Shown here: one piece after another, positions 1-8,382 of the stretch
Numbering within the stretch: position 1 is the stretch's first letter
How the letters are laid out: every line of letters begins with the position of its first letter
Assembly: GCF_000406145.1 (NCBI RefSeq)
Contig: NZ_CM001976.1
Coordinates: 1,297,263 to 1,329,262 of the forward strand
Direction of reading: 5' to 3'
DNA: 32,000 bases
Source: Dickeya dadantii NCPPB 898
GTDB taxonomy: Bacteria; Pseudomonadota; Gammaproteobacteria; Enterobacterales; Enterobacteriaceae
Program-made: the position numbers and the translations under genes
Notes under the pieces: generated by a model
What the model was told of the DNA's origin: nothing
What the model saw: the letters and a program-made list of their open reading frames with translations, nothing else
Database searches by the model: none

Positions 1-680
1 CGCACGGCAACCAGTGGCAGGCACCGGTATTGTGGTCACGACGCATCAGCCGCATTGCGGTACTGGCGGCGCAGCGTGGTCAAGGGATCGGGCAGACGCT
101 GGTTCGGGAACAACAGCAACGGGCGCAACAGGAACAGCTGGATTTTCTGTCGGTCAGCTTTGGTTTCCAGCCGGCGTTGTGGCGGTTCTGGCAGCGTTGC
201 GGGTTTCAACTGGTGCGTATCGGTAGCCATATCGACGCCAGCAGCGGGTGTTACAGCGCGATGGCGTTGCTTCCTCTCAGCGAAGCGGGTAGCGCGCTGA
301 CGGCGTCAGCACACCATGAACTACTGCGGGACTGGTTCTGGCTGCGGCGTGATATCCCACTGGCGCTGAATTTGCCGCTGGTGGAGGATCAGACGCTTAC
401 GACGGAGGACTGGCGTAATCTGATTGGGTTTGCCAGAGCTCACCGTCCACCAGAAGCCTGCCAGGGAGCGCTGTCACGCCTGATGATACGTTCGCCGATG
501 GCATTAACCGCCTTGAGGCTATGGCTTGAGCAAGGGCGGAGCGTGGCGGAGTGCGTTCATCTGCTTCAACTGGCGGGCAGAAAGGCGCTGATTCAGCGCT
601 GGCGGGCGGAAACAGCTCAGGCGCTGCGCCAACTGGACGAAGCCGAATGGCAGCGCTGGCATGATATTGTTTTATATTGA
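1..680 (+). CDS. tmcA: tRNA(Met) cytidine acetyltransferase TmcA, C-terminal part (5' end lies outside the window)
   Basis: The frame is open from the window edge to the stop at 680; the track start at 30 is a TTG inside the gene. It has the GNAT acetyl-CoA motif QRGQGIG and LDFLSVSFGF..LWRFWQRCGF..ASSGCYSAMALLPL, which matches the recalled E. coli TmcA (YpfI) C-terminus. ypfH follows, as in E. coli. Confidence 0.85.
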   Translation, partial: HGNQWQAPVLWSRRISRIAVLAAQRGQGIGQTLVREQQQRAQQEQLDFLSVSFGFQPALWRFWQRCGFQLVRIGSHIDASSGCYSAMALLPLSEAGSALTASAHHELLRDWFWLRRDIPLALNLPLVEDQTLTTEDWRNLIGFARAHRPPEACQGALSRLMIRSPMALTALRLWLEQGRSVAECVHLLQLAGRKALIQRWRAETAQALRQLDEAEWQRWHDIVLY

Positions 681-964
681 GAGTTTTTTGGTCGAGAATC
701 GTTTTACAACGAGAATGCGTCATATCGAAAGAAGTGGTTTCCTTTTCCAAATTCATTTCAAGTGGTAGCGATCACAATTTTGCAACTTGCATGGCGATCC
801 AGCCAGCCGGTTTCCTGCGTTCATATACACTGATCCTGATACAGGATAATGGAATGACTTGTTCAATAAACCTCAATATTGACCCGCTATCGAGGGGCGT
901 ATAGTGACAACTGAAATTTTTTGAACAGACGGTTTCCCCTGAAGGTAACCGCAGGAGAGGCGAT

Positions 965-1651
965 ATGAAGCATGACTATTTTGTGGTGCAAAATCCACCT
1001 TCACCTAAGCAGTTGTTTTTGCTATTTCATGGCGTGGGCGACAATCCGGTTTCCATGGGGCAGATCGGCCGTTATTTTGCCGAGGCGTTCCCCATGGCGC
1101 AGGTTATCAGCATTGGCGGTCCGGAAGCGATTAGTCTGGGCGAAGGGCGCCAGTGGTTTTCGGTACAAGGCGTCACTGAGGAGAATCGCGTCCGTCGCGT
1201 GAACGCCATTATGCCGCGGTTTGTCGAAACCGTTCGTTACTGGCAGGAAACCACCGGAATCGATTATTCCCACACCGCACTGATCGGTTTCTCTCAAGGG
1301 TCGATTATGATCCTTGAGGCATTGAAAGCGGAGAAAAATCTGGCCGGGCGGGCTGTAGCGTTTAGTGGTCGCTTTGCCGCTTTGCCGGAGCAGCCGCTGC
1401 ATGATGTCGTCGTTCACCTGATTCATGGCGAGGAAGACCCGGTGATTACGGCGGATCACGCTCGTCAGGCCGCGCAGAGTCTGCGTGCCCAGGGATCGGA
1501 TTTCACGTTGGATCTGGTGCCGCAATTGGGGCATGCCATTGACGATCGCATGATGGATAACGCGCTGGATCGGCTGCATCATTACATCCCGAAACGCTTC
1601 TGGGATGAGGCTGTGATGGGCGCGCGCGGCGAACTGGTGGCATTTCGTTAA
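965..1651 (+). CDS. ypfH: alpha/beta-hydrolase esterase YpfH
   Basis: 228 aa with an AGGAGAGG Shine-Dalgarno (SD) sequence upstream. It has the GFSQGS nucleophile elbow and N-terminal MKHD.FVVQ...LLFHGVGDNPV, like recalled E. coli YpfH. Synteny with tmcA and ypfN supports the call. Confidence 0.8.
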   Translation: MKHDYFVVQNPPSPKQLFLLFHGVGDNPVSMGQIGRYFAEAFPMAQVISIGGPEAISLGEGRQWFSVQGVTEENRVRRVNAIMPRFVETVRYWQETTGIDYSHTALIGFSQGSIMILEALKAEKNLAGRAVAFSGRFAALPEQPLHDVVVHLIHGEEDPVITADHARQAAQSLRAQGSDFTLDLVPQLGHAIDDRMMDNALDRLHHYIPKRFWDEAVMGARGELVAFR

Positions 1652-1717
1652 CCGGCTGGCATTGCGCTAGCCGATTTAGTGCGTTTACCGTCGTCAGAGA
1701 AGGTCGCTATAACAAGA

Positions 1718-1747
1718 AGGCCGGGTCGCCATTGGGTGGCCCGGCCT
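1718..1747. terminator. GC-rich hairpin between convergent ypfH and ypfN (possible bidirectional terminator)
   Basis: AGGCCGGG (1718-1725) pairs with CCCGGCCT (1740-1747). The following T run (GGTTTT) is short, so it is only moderately convincing. Confidence 0.45.
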
Positions 1748-1770
1748 CATGGTTTTCAGCGTGTGCGGGG

Positions 1771-1959
1771 TCAGGGCTTTTTCTGCGGCCAGTCGTCTTC
1801 GTCGTCCCACTGCGCATTATTGTCGCGGTGCGGCGGCAACGGCGGTTTGTCATGCAGAAAACGTTTATGGTCAAGGCGGCTCAGTTCCTTGATGCCGTTG
1901 ATCAACATTCCCAGCAACACCAGCAGTATTACCCACCAGTAATCAGCCAGCCATCCCAT
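1771..1959 (-). CDS. ypfN: small membrane protein YpfN (UPF0370)
   Basis: 62 aa. [49 protein letters not shown] closely parallels recalled E. coli YpfN. A GAGGAA SD lies upstream. Confidence 0.85.
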   Translation of the reverse strand: MGWLADYWWVILLVLLGMLINGIKELSRLDHKRFLHDKPPLPPHRDNNAQWDDEDDWPQKKP

Positions 1960-1998
1960 GGTTGTTCCTCATAATATAGATGTCCCATGTCAACGGGG

Positions 1999-2673
1999 TT
2001 ATTGTGCCTCAACAGACAGTATAAAGCGCTGGAACAACATCGGCAGATTCGACTCCAGCCAGCTCCGGCCGGCTATGTCTTCACCCTGCCAGGCTTGCAG
2101 AATGTGTTCCGGCGTTAGCTGAGCCATAGCGAGACGGGCCAGCGGCGCATAGCTGAGATGCCAGGGTTCAATAGCCACACCGCCACTATCCTGTGCAAAC
2201 GGCCGGTAAAAGCCGAAGGCGGCCATGTGTTGCGCCAGCCAGTCGCTGAGGTCGGCAAAGTAGCCGCCTGGCTGATATTCCCACGGCTCTAGTTGCAGTT
2301 TTTGGCCGGCGGGTAAGCGGTCGGGATCGTAAATATCCAGATCGCTGCCCCAGTGATGACGGCTACCGCCCGGCAGCGCCGACCAGCGTAGGATCGCCTC
2401 GCAACGAGCGCCTTCATCCAGCGCGAGCGCGTCTAGCGGCTGGCTGTGTTGATCTAGCAGCGGGCGCTGGCCGGTAAACTTGCCGTTCCAGATTTGCCGT
2501 TGGCGCTCAAAATCCCGAAATGTACTGGCCGGTTGCAGATTGAATCCATGCTGCCGTGCCGCCTGCTGCATGGCTGTAAACGCCTCAACTGCCTCGGGTT
2601 GCAGGCGGTGCGACCCGCTGAGCGTCACCAGATGGCGGTCGCTTTTGCCGGTCAGACAGGCGGAAGCGATCAT
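1999..2673 (-). CDS. M15 family (VanY/LAS-type) zinc D,D- or L,D-carboxypeptidase-like protein with no obvious signal peptide
   Basis: It has the LAS metallopeptidase motifs [10 protein letters not shown] (SxHxxGxxxD) and EPWH (ExxH). I chose the ATG at 2673 (MIASACL...) rather than the track start at 2742, which would overlap dapE by 73 nt. The ATG at 2673 overlaps the dapE TGA as ATGA. Confidence 0.75.
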   Translation of the reverse strand: MIASACLTGKSDRHLVTLSGSHRLQPEAVEAFTAMQQAARQHGFNLQPASTFRDFERQRQIWNGKFTGQRPLLDQHSQPLDALALDEGARCEAILRWSALPGGSRHHWGSDLDIYDPDRLPAGQKLQLEPWEYQPGGYFADLSDWLAQHMAAFGFYRPFAQDSGGVAIEPWHLSYAPLARLAMAQLTPEHILQAWQGEDIAGRSWLESNLPMLFQRFILSVEAQ

Positions 2674-3797
2674 GCGATCAATTGCTCCATAATGCGTTGA
2701 TACATACGGCTCAGCAGTTGCAGGTCGGCGGCGCTGACGCACTCGTTCACTTTATGGATAGTCGCGTTAACCGGCCCCAGTTCCACCACCTGTGCGCCCA
2801 TGCGGGCAATAAAGCGGCCATCCGAGGTTCCACCGGTAGTCAGGAGCTGTGGCGTGATTTCACTGTAGTGTTCAACGGCGTTGACCACCGCGTCCACCAG
2901 TTCGCCGCGGCTGGTCAGGAACGGATGACCGGACAGCCGCCATTCCAGCGTGTAGTTAAGCTGGTGGCGATCAAGCAGAGCTTTGACTTGCTGTTTAATT
3001 AGCTCATCGGTCAACTCAGTGCTGAAGCGGAAATTGAATTGCACGTCCAGATCGCCGGGTATGACGTTGTTGCTGCCGGTACCGGCATTGATGTTGGCTA
3101 TCTGCATGCTGGTGGGTGGGAAGAATTCATTGCCCTGGTCCCAGACGGTCGCCACCAGTTCATTCAGCGCCGGTATGGCCCGATGCACCGGGTTGTCCGC
3201 CAGATGCGGGTAAGCAACGTGACCCTGAACGCCGTGAATCCGCAAATTAGCGGTGATAGAACCGCGCCGGCCGTTTTTCACTACATCACCGACCCGATCG
3301 GTACTGGACGGTTCGCCGACCAGACAGTAGTCCAGTCGTTCCTGGCGCGCCATCAGTGTTTCCACCACTTTGACGGTGCCGTTGACGGCGCTGGACTCTT
3401 CGTCGGAGGTGATTAGAAACGCCAGTCGTCCTTGATGATTGGGGTGCGCGGCGACAAAACGCTCCGCCGCCACCACCATCGCCGCCAGCGAGCCTTTCAT
3501 GTCCGCCGCGCCGCGGCCGTACAACATACCGTCTCGAATCGCAGGTTCGAACGGCGGGGTCTGCCATTGGCTTTCATTACCAACAGGAACGACATCGGTG
3601 TGACCGGCAAACGCCAGTGTCTTTCCCTGACCGCGGCAGGCCCAGAAATTTTGGGTATCGTCGACATCCAGCTTTTCGACGATGAAGCCGATGGCCTGCA
3701 GGCGTTCGATCATGAGCGCCTGGCAGCCGGCGTCATCCGGGCTGAGGGACGGGCGTTTGATGAGCTGCTGGGCCAGTTCAATTACCGGGCAAGACAT
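2670..3797 (-). CDS. dapE: succinyl-diaminopimelate desuccinylase DapE
   Basis: The start was re-picked at [13 protein letters not shown]..., giving 375 aa, the length I recall for E. coli DapE. M20 peptidase motifs are present ([16 protein letters not shown]). GGAG lies upstream. Confidence 0.95.
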   Translation of the reverse strand: MSCPVIELAQQLIKRPSLSPDDAGCQALMIERLQAIGFIVEKLDVDDTQNFWACRGQGKTLAFAGHTDVVPVGNESQWQTPPFEPAIRDGMLYGRGAADMKGSLAAMVVAAERFVAAHPNHQGRLAFLITSDEESSAVNGTVKVVETLMARQERLDYCLVGEPSSTDRVGDVVKNGRRGSITANLRIHGVQGHVAYPHLADNPVHRAIPALNELVATVWDQGNEFFPPTSMQIANINAGTGSNNVIPGDLDVQFNFRFSTELTDELIKQQVKALLDRHQLNYTLEWRLSGHPFLTSRGELVDAVVNAVEHYSEITPQLLTTGGTSDGRFIARMGAQVVELGPVNATIHKVNECVSAADLQLLSRMYQRIMEQLIA

Positions 3798-4161
3798 GTG
3801 AGGTGTTCTCCGTAAAAAAGTACTGATAGCTGTCTTCGCTGAAACCGAGCAGGATTTTTCCGTCATCGGCTACCAGCAACGGGCGTTTGATCAACGCGGG
3901 TTGTTCCAGCATAACAGCTTTTGCCGCCGCTTCGTTGACGAGGGTGTTACGGTACGCTTCTTCCAGCTTACGCCAGGTGGTGCCACGGGTATTCAGCAGC
4001 GGTTGCCAGCCCATGCGGTCGATAAAGAATTGCAGGCGTTCCCCTTCCAGCCCGTCGACCCGGTAGTCATGAAAACGGTAGTCAATCTGATGGTTTTCCA
4101 GCCAACGACGGGCCTTTTTTATGGTGTCGCAGTTCTTAATGCCGTACAGGATGATGGCCAT
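3778..4161 (-). CDS. yffB: ArsC/Spx-family protein YffB
   Basis: 127 aa. The N-terminal [16 protein letters not shown] redox-fold motif is present, and the position upstream of dapE matches E. coli. Its 3' end overlaps the dapE start by 20 nt in another frame. Confidence 0.85.
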   Translation of the reverse strand: MAIILYGIKNCDTIKKARRWLENHQIDYRFHDYRVDGLEGERLQFFIDRMGWQPLLNTRGTTWRKLEEAYRNTLVNEAAAKAVMLEQPALIKRPLLVADDGKILLGFSEDSYQYFFTENTSHVLPGN

Positions 4162-4346
4162 ATGTTTAAAATCCGTTATTTTTCATGTCATAAGGGAAAA
4201 AGCATACCGCATAAACACTGGATGCGGCAGAGTATTAAAATTATCTTAAGAAATCATGGGGTTGAGTTGGGTGACTATGTTGCGGAAATGCGAAAGAGAG
4301 CACATTTTTGCGCCCCAAAGTCTTTATCTAGGTCAAAAAAGAAGCG

Positions 4347-4352
4347 TATAAT
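4347..4352 (+). promoter_or_regulatory. candidate -10 hexamer (perfect TATAAT) for ypfM
   Basis: A perfect TATAAT lies 40 nt upstream of the ypfM ATG. The -35 at 17-bp spacing (TTATCT) is weak. Confidence 0.4.
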
Positions 4353-4391
4353 AACCCCGTAAGACAACAAAATCCCTAAGGAGCTACCATC

Positions 4392-4451
4392 ATGATCGAA
4401 GTCGAACTCAACAACTGGAAAAGCTTCATCGACGCAATGCTGCGTAAGTAA
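4392..4451 (+). CDS. ypfM: 19-aa small stress-induced protein YpfM
   Basis: It is not in the ORF track because it is too short. ATG at 4392 encodes MIEVELNNWKSFIDAMLRK*, against recalled E. coli YpfM MIERELGNWKDFIEVMLRK. A strong TAAGGAG SD sits 8 nt upstream. It lies next to yffB as in E. coli and is followed by a strong terminator. Confidence 0.8.
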   Translation: MIEVELNNWKSFIDAMLRK

Positions 4452-4526
4452 TTGCTGATGTATTTAGACTAGTACAATTTTATTTACTGTCATTAGTCAC
4501 CAGGTACCTTATTGAGTGTCACCAAA

Positions 4527-4555
4527 GCAGCAACCCACGGGTTGCTGCTTTTTTT
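4527..4555 (+). terminator. rho-independent terminator of ypfM
   Basis: GCAGCAACCC-ACG-GGGTTGCTGC forms the stem and is followed by seven T residues. Confidence 0.85.
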
Positions 4556-4878
4556 ATGTGATTGGTGCGGGTTTTAATGGACTGATTTTTAAAAATTAAT
4601 TTTCGCTTAAGGTGCGTGTGTTATTCATAAACTCCCCCGTTTTACCGCGTTTTTTTCTTCTCATTTTTGTGATGAGTCTCTCAATTTTTCGCTCATGTTT
4701 TTCGGTCCGCTGCCGGGGATGGCGGTGACTAAATGGGGAAGCCTGAGTAAATAAAAGAGGCTATTATTTGCCTTCTCTATATCTGTACTCCCTGTGTACT
4801 GTTTGCCGTGGCTCGGCAATGATGCGGCAGAAAGCCTGACGGGATTTCGTCACGGTCCGCCAGGGGTTCTTTCACACT

Positions 4879-4908
4879 ATTGATTGATACTTCATTGATT
4901 GATACTGC
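4879..4908. repeat. 15-bp direct tandem repeat x2 (ATTGATTGATACTtC / ATTGATTGATACTgC)
   Basis: Read directly from the sequence; 14 of 15 positions are identical. It lies in the unassigned gap between ypfM and cspE. Confidence 0.8.
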
Positions 4909-5186
4909 AGTGGGTAAGGCAGGCTTGATTCCCAGCCCATGCCGCCAGATAACCCCAGGCATTTCTGCATTGTTGTTTCGGATAACCAAAAAAAGTGGCT
5001 AACTGCGTGTAAGATGCCAAAGAATGTGGTTGTGGCTTATAAATATGCGGGGTGAATGGAGTCAGTTCGCTTTTTTATCATGTTTTATCACTTTTTGGTG
5101 ATGTTCGGCTGGACAAATGCGCTGCTACTTGCTGTACTGTATTTGACACAGATTTTGTGTCGTTCATTCATGTAAAGGTAAGTTTG

Positions 5187-5396
5187 ATGTCTAAGATTAA
5201 AGGTAGCGTTAAGTGGTTTAATGAGTCCAAAGGATTCGGTTTCATTACTCCGGAAGATGGCAGCAAGGACGTATTCGTTCACTTCTCTGCTATCCAGAGC
5301 AACGGTTTCAAAACCCTGGCTGAAGGTCAGCGCGTAGAGTTTGAAATCACCAGCGGCGCTAAAGGACCTTCTGCTGCTAACGTTATCGCTATTTAA
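5187..5396 (+). CDS. cspE: cold-shock-domain protein CspE
   Basis: 69 aa, [69 protein letters not shown], nearly identical to recalled E. coli CspE. RNP1 (KGFGFI) and RNP2 (VFVHF) are present. The track ORF from 5052 is an upstream over-extension. Confidence 0.95.
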   Translation: MSKIKGSVKWFNESKGFGFITPEDGSKDVFVHFSAIQSNGFKTLAEGQRVEFEITSGAKGPSAANVIAI

Positions 5397-5412
5397 TTAT
5401 ACCGATTTCCTG

Positions 5413-5439
5413 AAAAACCCGCCTGATGGCGGGTTTTTA
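5413..5439. terminator. bidirectional rho-independent terminator between convergent cspE and crcB
   Basis: The sequence AAAAACCCGCC-TGAT-GGCGGGTTTTTAT has an A tract on one side and a T tract on the other. Confidence 0.8.
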
Positions 5440-5459
5440 TTTTGTATCTTTCCCAGCTT

Positions 5460-5843
5460 TCAGTGGGCGCTCAGCCAACTCACCAGCGCAAACGCCAGCG
5501 CCGTCATAATCAGCGAACCAAGCAGATTGAGCAGCAAATTAAACAGTGCCGCTGCCCATTCACCGCTCTGCAGCAAGGCAACCATTTCGTAGGAAAAGGT
5601 AGAGAACGTCGTCAAACCACCGCAAAAACCGGTCGTGAGCAACAGTTTCCAGTGTGGCGGGAGGTCGGGCTGACGCATGAAATAACTCATGGCCGCACCG
5701 ATAATGAAGGCACCGATCAGGTTGGCCAGCAGTGTGCCGGCGGGAATCTGAGGAAATAACTTATTAAAGCGCACGCTGAGTTGCCAGCGTGCGACACTGC
5801 CAATCCCACCGCCGATAAAAACAGCAAGTAACGTACTATACAT
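5460..5843 (-). CDS. crcB: fluoride ion channel CrcB (Fluc)
   Basis: It has the [13 protein letters not shown] signature and an N-terminus [16 protein letters not shown] like E. coli CrcB. The ATG at 5843 gives 127 aa, the E. coli length, with AAGGTG upstream. The track start at 5861 is a TTG. Confidence 0.9.
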   Translation of the reverse strand: MYSTLLAVFIGGGIGSVARWQLSVRFNKLFPQIPAGTLLANLIGAFIIGAAMSYFMRQPDLPPHWKLLLTTGFCGGLTTFSTFSYEMVALLQSGEWAAALFNLLLNLLGSLIMTALAFALVSWLSAH

Positions 5844-5908
5844 AGTCACCTTTTCATTCAAGGGTAAGTTGGGCTAATCTCGAAAGGGCACGCCCGATTG
5901 AGGGACTC

Positions 5909-5957
5909 GCAGACATCATCAGCCGGAAGGGCGGTTATGGAGGAATGTCATCTCCGT
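5909..5957 (-). promoter_or_regulatory. fluoride riboswitch aptamer (crcB motif) in the crcB leader
   Basis: The minus strand reads GGAGAUGACAUUCCUCCAUAACCGCCCUUCCGGCUGAUGAUGUCUGC. It shows a P1 helix GGAG/CUCC, a GAUGnnnUUC loop, an AUAACCGCC linker, a small second hairpin and a CUGAUGAUGUCU tail whose AUGUC can pseudoknot with GACAU. It lies immediately upstream of crcB. Confidence 0.8.
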
Positions 5958-6052
5958 TACTGGCTAGTAAAGTTTACCTGCATGCCGATGTTTTTTGTAG
6001 CCGTGGCAGTTTTACCAAATGTATCCGCCCGTTAGGAATGAAGGAGCCTGAT

Positions 6053-6841
6053 ATGAAAGTGGCGCTCGGTCAGTTTGCCGTGCAACGACTGTGGCAGGAT
6101 AACGCCCAAATCTGCATAACATTAATGGCCCAGGCGGTCTCGGCCGGAGCTGACCTGCTGGTGCTGCCGGAGGCGGTGTTGGCGCGAGATAATACGGATC
6201 CGGAATGGGGCGTTGGGTGCGCCCAGCCGATCACCGGCCCGTTTGTCAGCCAGTTGCTGATTGCCAGCCAGTCGCTGGATATTTGCGTGGTGTTTACCCT
6301 GCATACGCCGGCGGCGGATGGGCGTGTGCATAATACGCTGCTGGTTATCCGGCGGGGCGAAGTGTTGGTTCATTATCACAAGCTGCACTTGTATGACGCC
6401 TTTACGGTACAGGAGTCCCGACGGGTGACGCCGGGAACGTCGCTGCCGCCGGTGGTGGAGGTGGCGGGAATGCGCGTTGGGCTGATGGTGTGCTACGACA
6501 TCCGTTTCGCCGAGATGGCGCGCCAACTGGCGGTGAACGGCGCCGATGTGCTAGTGGTGCCGGCTGCCTGGGTAAAAGGCCCGCAGAAGGAAGCGCACTG
6601 GGAATTGCTGGCCCGAGCCAGAGCGCTGGAGAATACCTGTTATCTGGTGGCGACAGGGGAGTGTAGCGACAGGAATATCGGCAATAGCATGGTGGTGGAC
6701 CCGATGGGCGTGGTCATCGCTCAGGCCGCTGAACAACCGGAATTGCTGCTGGCGGAGCTGAAGCTGGAGCGTATTCAAGCCGTTCGTCGCCAGTTACCTG
6801 TTCTGCATCACAATCGTTTTAAGCCGCCTGTACTACGATAA
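6053..6841 (+). CDS. ybeM: carbon-nitrogen hydrolase (nitrilase superfamily) YbeM, deaminated-glutathione amidase-like
   Basis: The start was re-picked at MKVALGQFAV with an AAGGAG SD, giving 262 aa. Nitrilase-family elements are present: LPEA (Glu), HYHKLHLYDAF (Lys) and VCYDIRF (Cys). It parallels recalled E. coli YbeM throughout. Confidence 0.85.
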   Translation: MKVALGQFAVQRLWQDNAQICITLMAQAVSAGADLLVLPEAVLARDNTDPEWGVGCAQPITGPFVSQLLIASQSLDICVVFTLHTPAADGRVHNTLLVIRRGEVLVHYHKLHLYDAFTVQESRRVTPGTSLPPVVEVAGMRVGLMVCYDIRFAEMARQLAVNGADVLVVPAAWVKGPQKEAHWELLARARALENTCYLVATGECSDRNIGNSMVVDPMGVVIAQAAEQPELLLAELKLERIQAVRRQLPVLHHNRFKPPVLR

Positions 6842-6995
6842 CAGCAAGGCATCACATGCCGGATAAAAAACAGCGACTGACGATGGACGTCTTACTTTGT
6901 TACAGATGACCATTGCCTTATCCGGTGTATCGATTTAAAAAAGAGCGATGTAAAGCGCGCTGGCTTTTCCAGCTCACATCATCAGGTAGGTATGT

Positions 6996-7205
6996 ATGGA
7001 AGGTATCAGTATTGCCAAGCTCTTAGTGATTGGCGCCTTGATTGTTCTGCTGTTCGGCACCAATAAACTGCGCAGTCTGGGCAGCGATCTGGGCGCCGCT
7101 ATCAAAGGCTTCAAGAAATCCATGAGCGATGAGCAGCCGGCGGCAAAATCTTCCGCTCAGGATGAACACCCAGCCGCTATCAGCGAAAATCGTCCTAAAG
7201 AATAA
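6996..7205 (+). CDS. tatE: Sec-independent translocase component TatE (TatA/E family)
   Basis: 69 aa. [40 protein letters not shown] matches the TatA/E transmembrane-hinge-amphipathic helix pattern. The position next to lipA matches E. coli. Confidence 0.9.
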   Translation: MEGISIAKLLVIGALIVLLFGTNKLRSLGSDLGAAIKGFKKSMSDEQPAAKSSAQDEHPAAISENRPKE

Positions 7206-7231
7206 GCATAAGCGCTGAAAGACTCCAAAAT

Positions 7232-7264
7232 AAAAAAGCGGAGGGCTTTGCCATCCGCTTTTTG
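7232..7264. terminator. bidirectional terminator between convergent tatE and lipA
   Basis: The sequence AAAAAAGCGGA-gggctttgcca-TCCGCTTTTTG has an A tract upstream and a T tract downstream. Confidence 0.7.
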
Positions 7265-7310
7265 TCTTACCTGTGTCATTATGTAAGGAGATGTTGCGGG
7301 TAGTAGCCCG

Positions 7311-8276
7311 TTATTTCACCTCAATCCCTTTGGCCTGCAGGTCGGCGTGGTAGGATGAACGGACGAACGGACCACAGGCGGCGTGGGTAAAGCCCATTGC
7401 CAGCGCTTCCGCCTTCATTTCCTCGAACTCTTCCGGCGGCACATAACGTTGCACCGGCAGATGGTGACGGCTTGGTTGCAGATATTGGCCCAGCGTCAGC
7501 ATGGTCACGCCGTGGCGGCGCAGATCGCGCATCACATCCAGAATTTCATCATTGGTCTCGCCCAGACCCACCATCAGACCGGACTTGGTCGGGATATTAG
7601 GATGCGAGTCTTTGAAATTTTCCAGCAGCTTCAGCGACCATTCGTAATTGGCGCCCGGACGTACCTGACGGTAGAGGCGCGGCACGTTTTCCAGGTTATG
7701 GTTAAATACGTCTGGCGGCGTGACGGTCAGAATATCCAACGCCCGATCCATACGACCACGGAAATCCGGCACCAGTGTTTCAATGCGGATGTTCGGGCTT
7801 TTGCGGCGAATGGCGCTGATGCAGTCGGCAAAATGCTGAGCGCCGCCGTCGCGCAAGTCGTCGCGGTCAACCGAGGTGATCACCACATAGCGCAGCCCCA
7901 TATCGTGAATGGTCTGAGCCAGTTTTTCCGGCTCGTTGGCATCCGGGGTCAGCGGGCGGCCGTGGGCGACATCGCAGAATGGGCAGCGGCGGGTACAGAT
8001 GGCGCCGAGGATCATGAACGTAGCGGTGCCATGATTGAAACACTCCGCCAGGTTAGGGCAGGATGCCTCTTCGCAAACCGAGTGCAGACCATTACGGCGC
8101 ATGGCGTCCTTGATGCCCTGAATTCGGCTGGAGTCCGCAGGTAATTTGATTTTCATCCATTCCGGTTTGCGGAGCATTTCCTGACGCTCAGTGACGACGG
8201 TACGTACCGGGATCAGGGCCATTTTGTCTGCATCGCGGTATTTGACGCCACGTTCGATCTGAATCGGTTTACTCAT
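7311..8276 (-). CDS. lipA: lipoyl synthase LipA (radical SAM)
   Basis: 321 aa. It has the [12 protein letters not shown] auxiliary cluster motif and the CTRRCPFC radical-SAM CxxxCxxC motif. Confidence 0.97.
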   Translation of the reverse strand: MSKPIQIERGVKYRDADKMALIPVRTVVTERQEMLRKPEWMKIKLPADSSRIQGIKDAMRRNGLHSVCEEASCPNLAECFNHGTATFMILGAICTRRCPFCDVAHGRPLTPDANEPEKLAQTIHDMGLRYVVITSVDRDDLRDGGAQHFADCISAIRRKSPNIRIETLVPDFRGRMDRALDILTVTPPDVFNHNLENVPRLYRQVRPGANYEWSLKLLENFKDSHPNIPTKSGLMVGLGETNDEILDVMRDLRRHGVTMLTLGQYLQPSRHHLPVQRYVPPEEFEEMKAEALAMGFTHAACGPFVRSSYHADLQAKGIEVK

Positions 8277-8373
8277 GTTTGCGTAATTTCCAGTTCTGAA
8301 TCGCTGTTATGAATTTATATAAAATTCATTGGATTACGTGAGTTGTTAAACTTTTTTTTAAAAAGCTCACAAA

Positions 8374-8382
8374 ATTATATCA
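8374..8382 (-). promoter_or_regulatory. candidate extended -10 promoter element (TGATATAAT) for lipA
   Basis: The minus strand reads TGaTATAAT, about 100 nt upstream of the lipA ATG. No good -35 is visible. Confidence 0.35.

Noticed and set aside
677-904. 75-aa plus-strand ORF in the tmcA-ypfH spacer
   Set aside because: It has no SD, odd composition and no motif. The spacer is more simply the ypfH promoter region.
1679-1974. Plus-strand ORFs of 87 aa and 80 aa
   Set aside because: They are antisense to ypfN, which matches its E. coli orthologue closely, and they run through the ypfH/ypfN terminator hairpin.
4777-4989. 70-aa minus-strand ORF in the ypfM-cspE gap
   Set aside because: Its start codon is TTG with no SD, it has no recognisable motif, and it does not resemble the pagP remnant I looked for. 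The region is kept as an unassigned gap in the findings rather than called as a CDS.
5143-5171. cspE promoter call from a perfect TTGACA at 5143-5148
   Set aside because: The hexamers 16-18 bp downstream (CATTCA, ATTCAT, TTCATT) are poor -10 elements. A TATAAA/TAAATA at 5038-5045 lacks a -35. I cannot place the promoter from sequence alone.
5945-6052. N-terminal extension of ybeM (track ORF starts at 5945)
   Set aside because: The extension has no orthologue support and overlaps the fluoride riboswitch on the opposite strand. The ATG at 6053 has an AAGGAG SD and gives the 262-aa E. coli-like length.
7383-8144. 253-aa ORF antisense to lipA, with similar antisense ORFs opposite dacA (9681-10346), mrdA (14372-15160), rlmH/rsfS (15341-15979), holA (17282-17890), gltL (21872-22432), gltI (24044-24838), lnt (25649-26437) and dapE (3039-3815)
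   Set aside because: Each is fully contained in a confidently identified gene on the other strand. Each lacks an SD and a recognisable domain and shows the skewed Arg/His/Gln composition of antisense frames.
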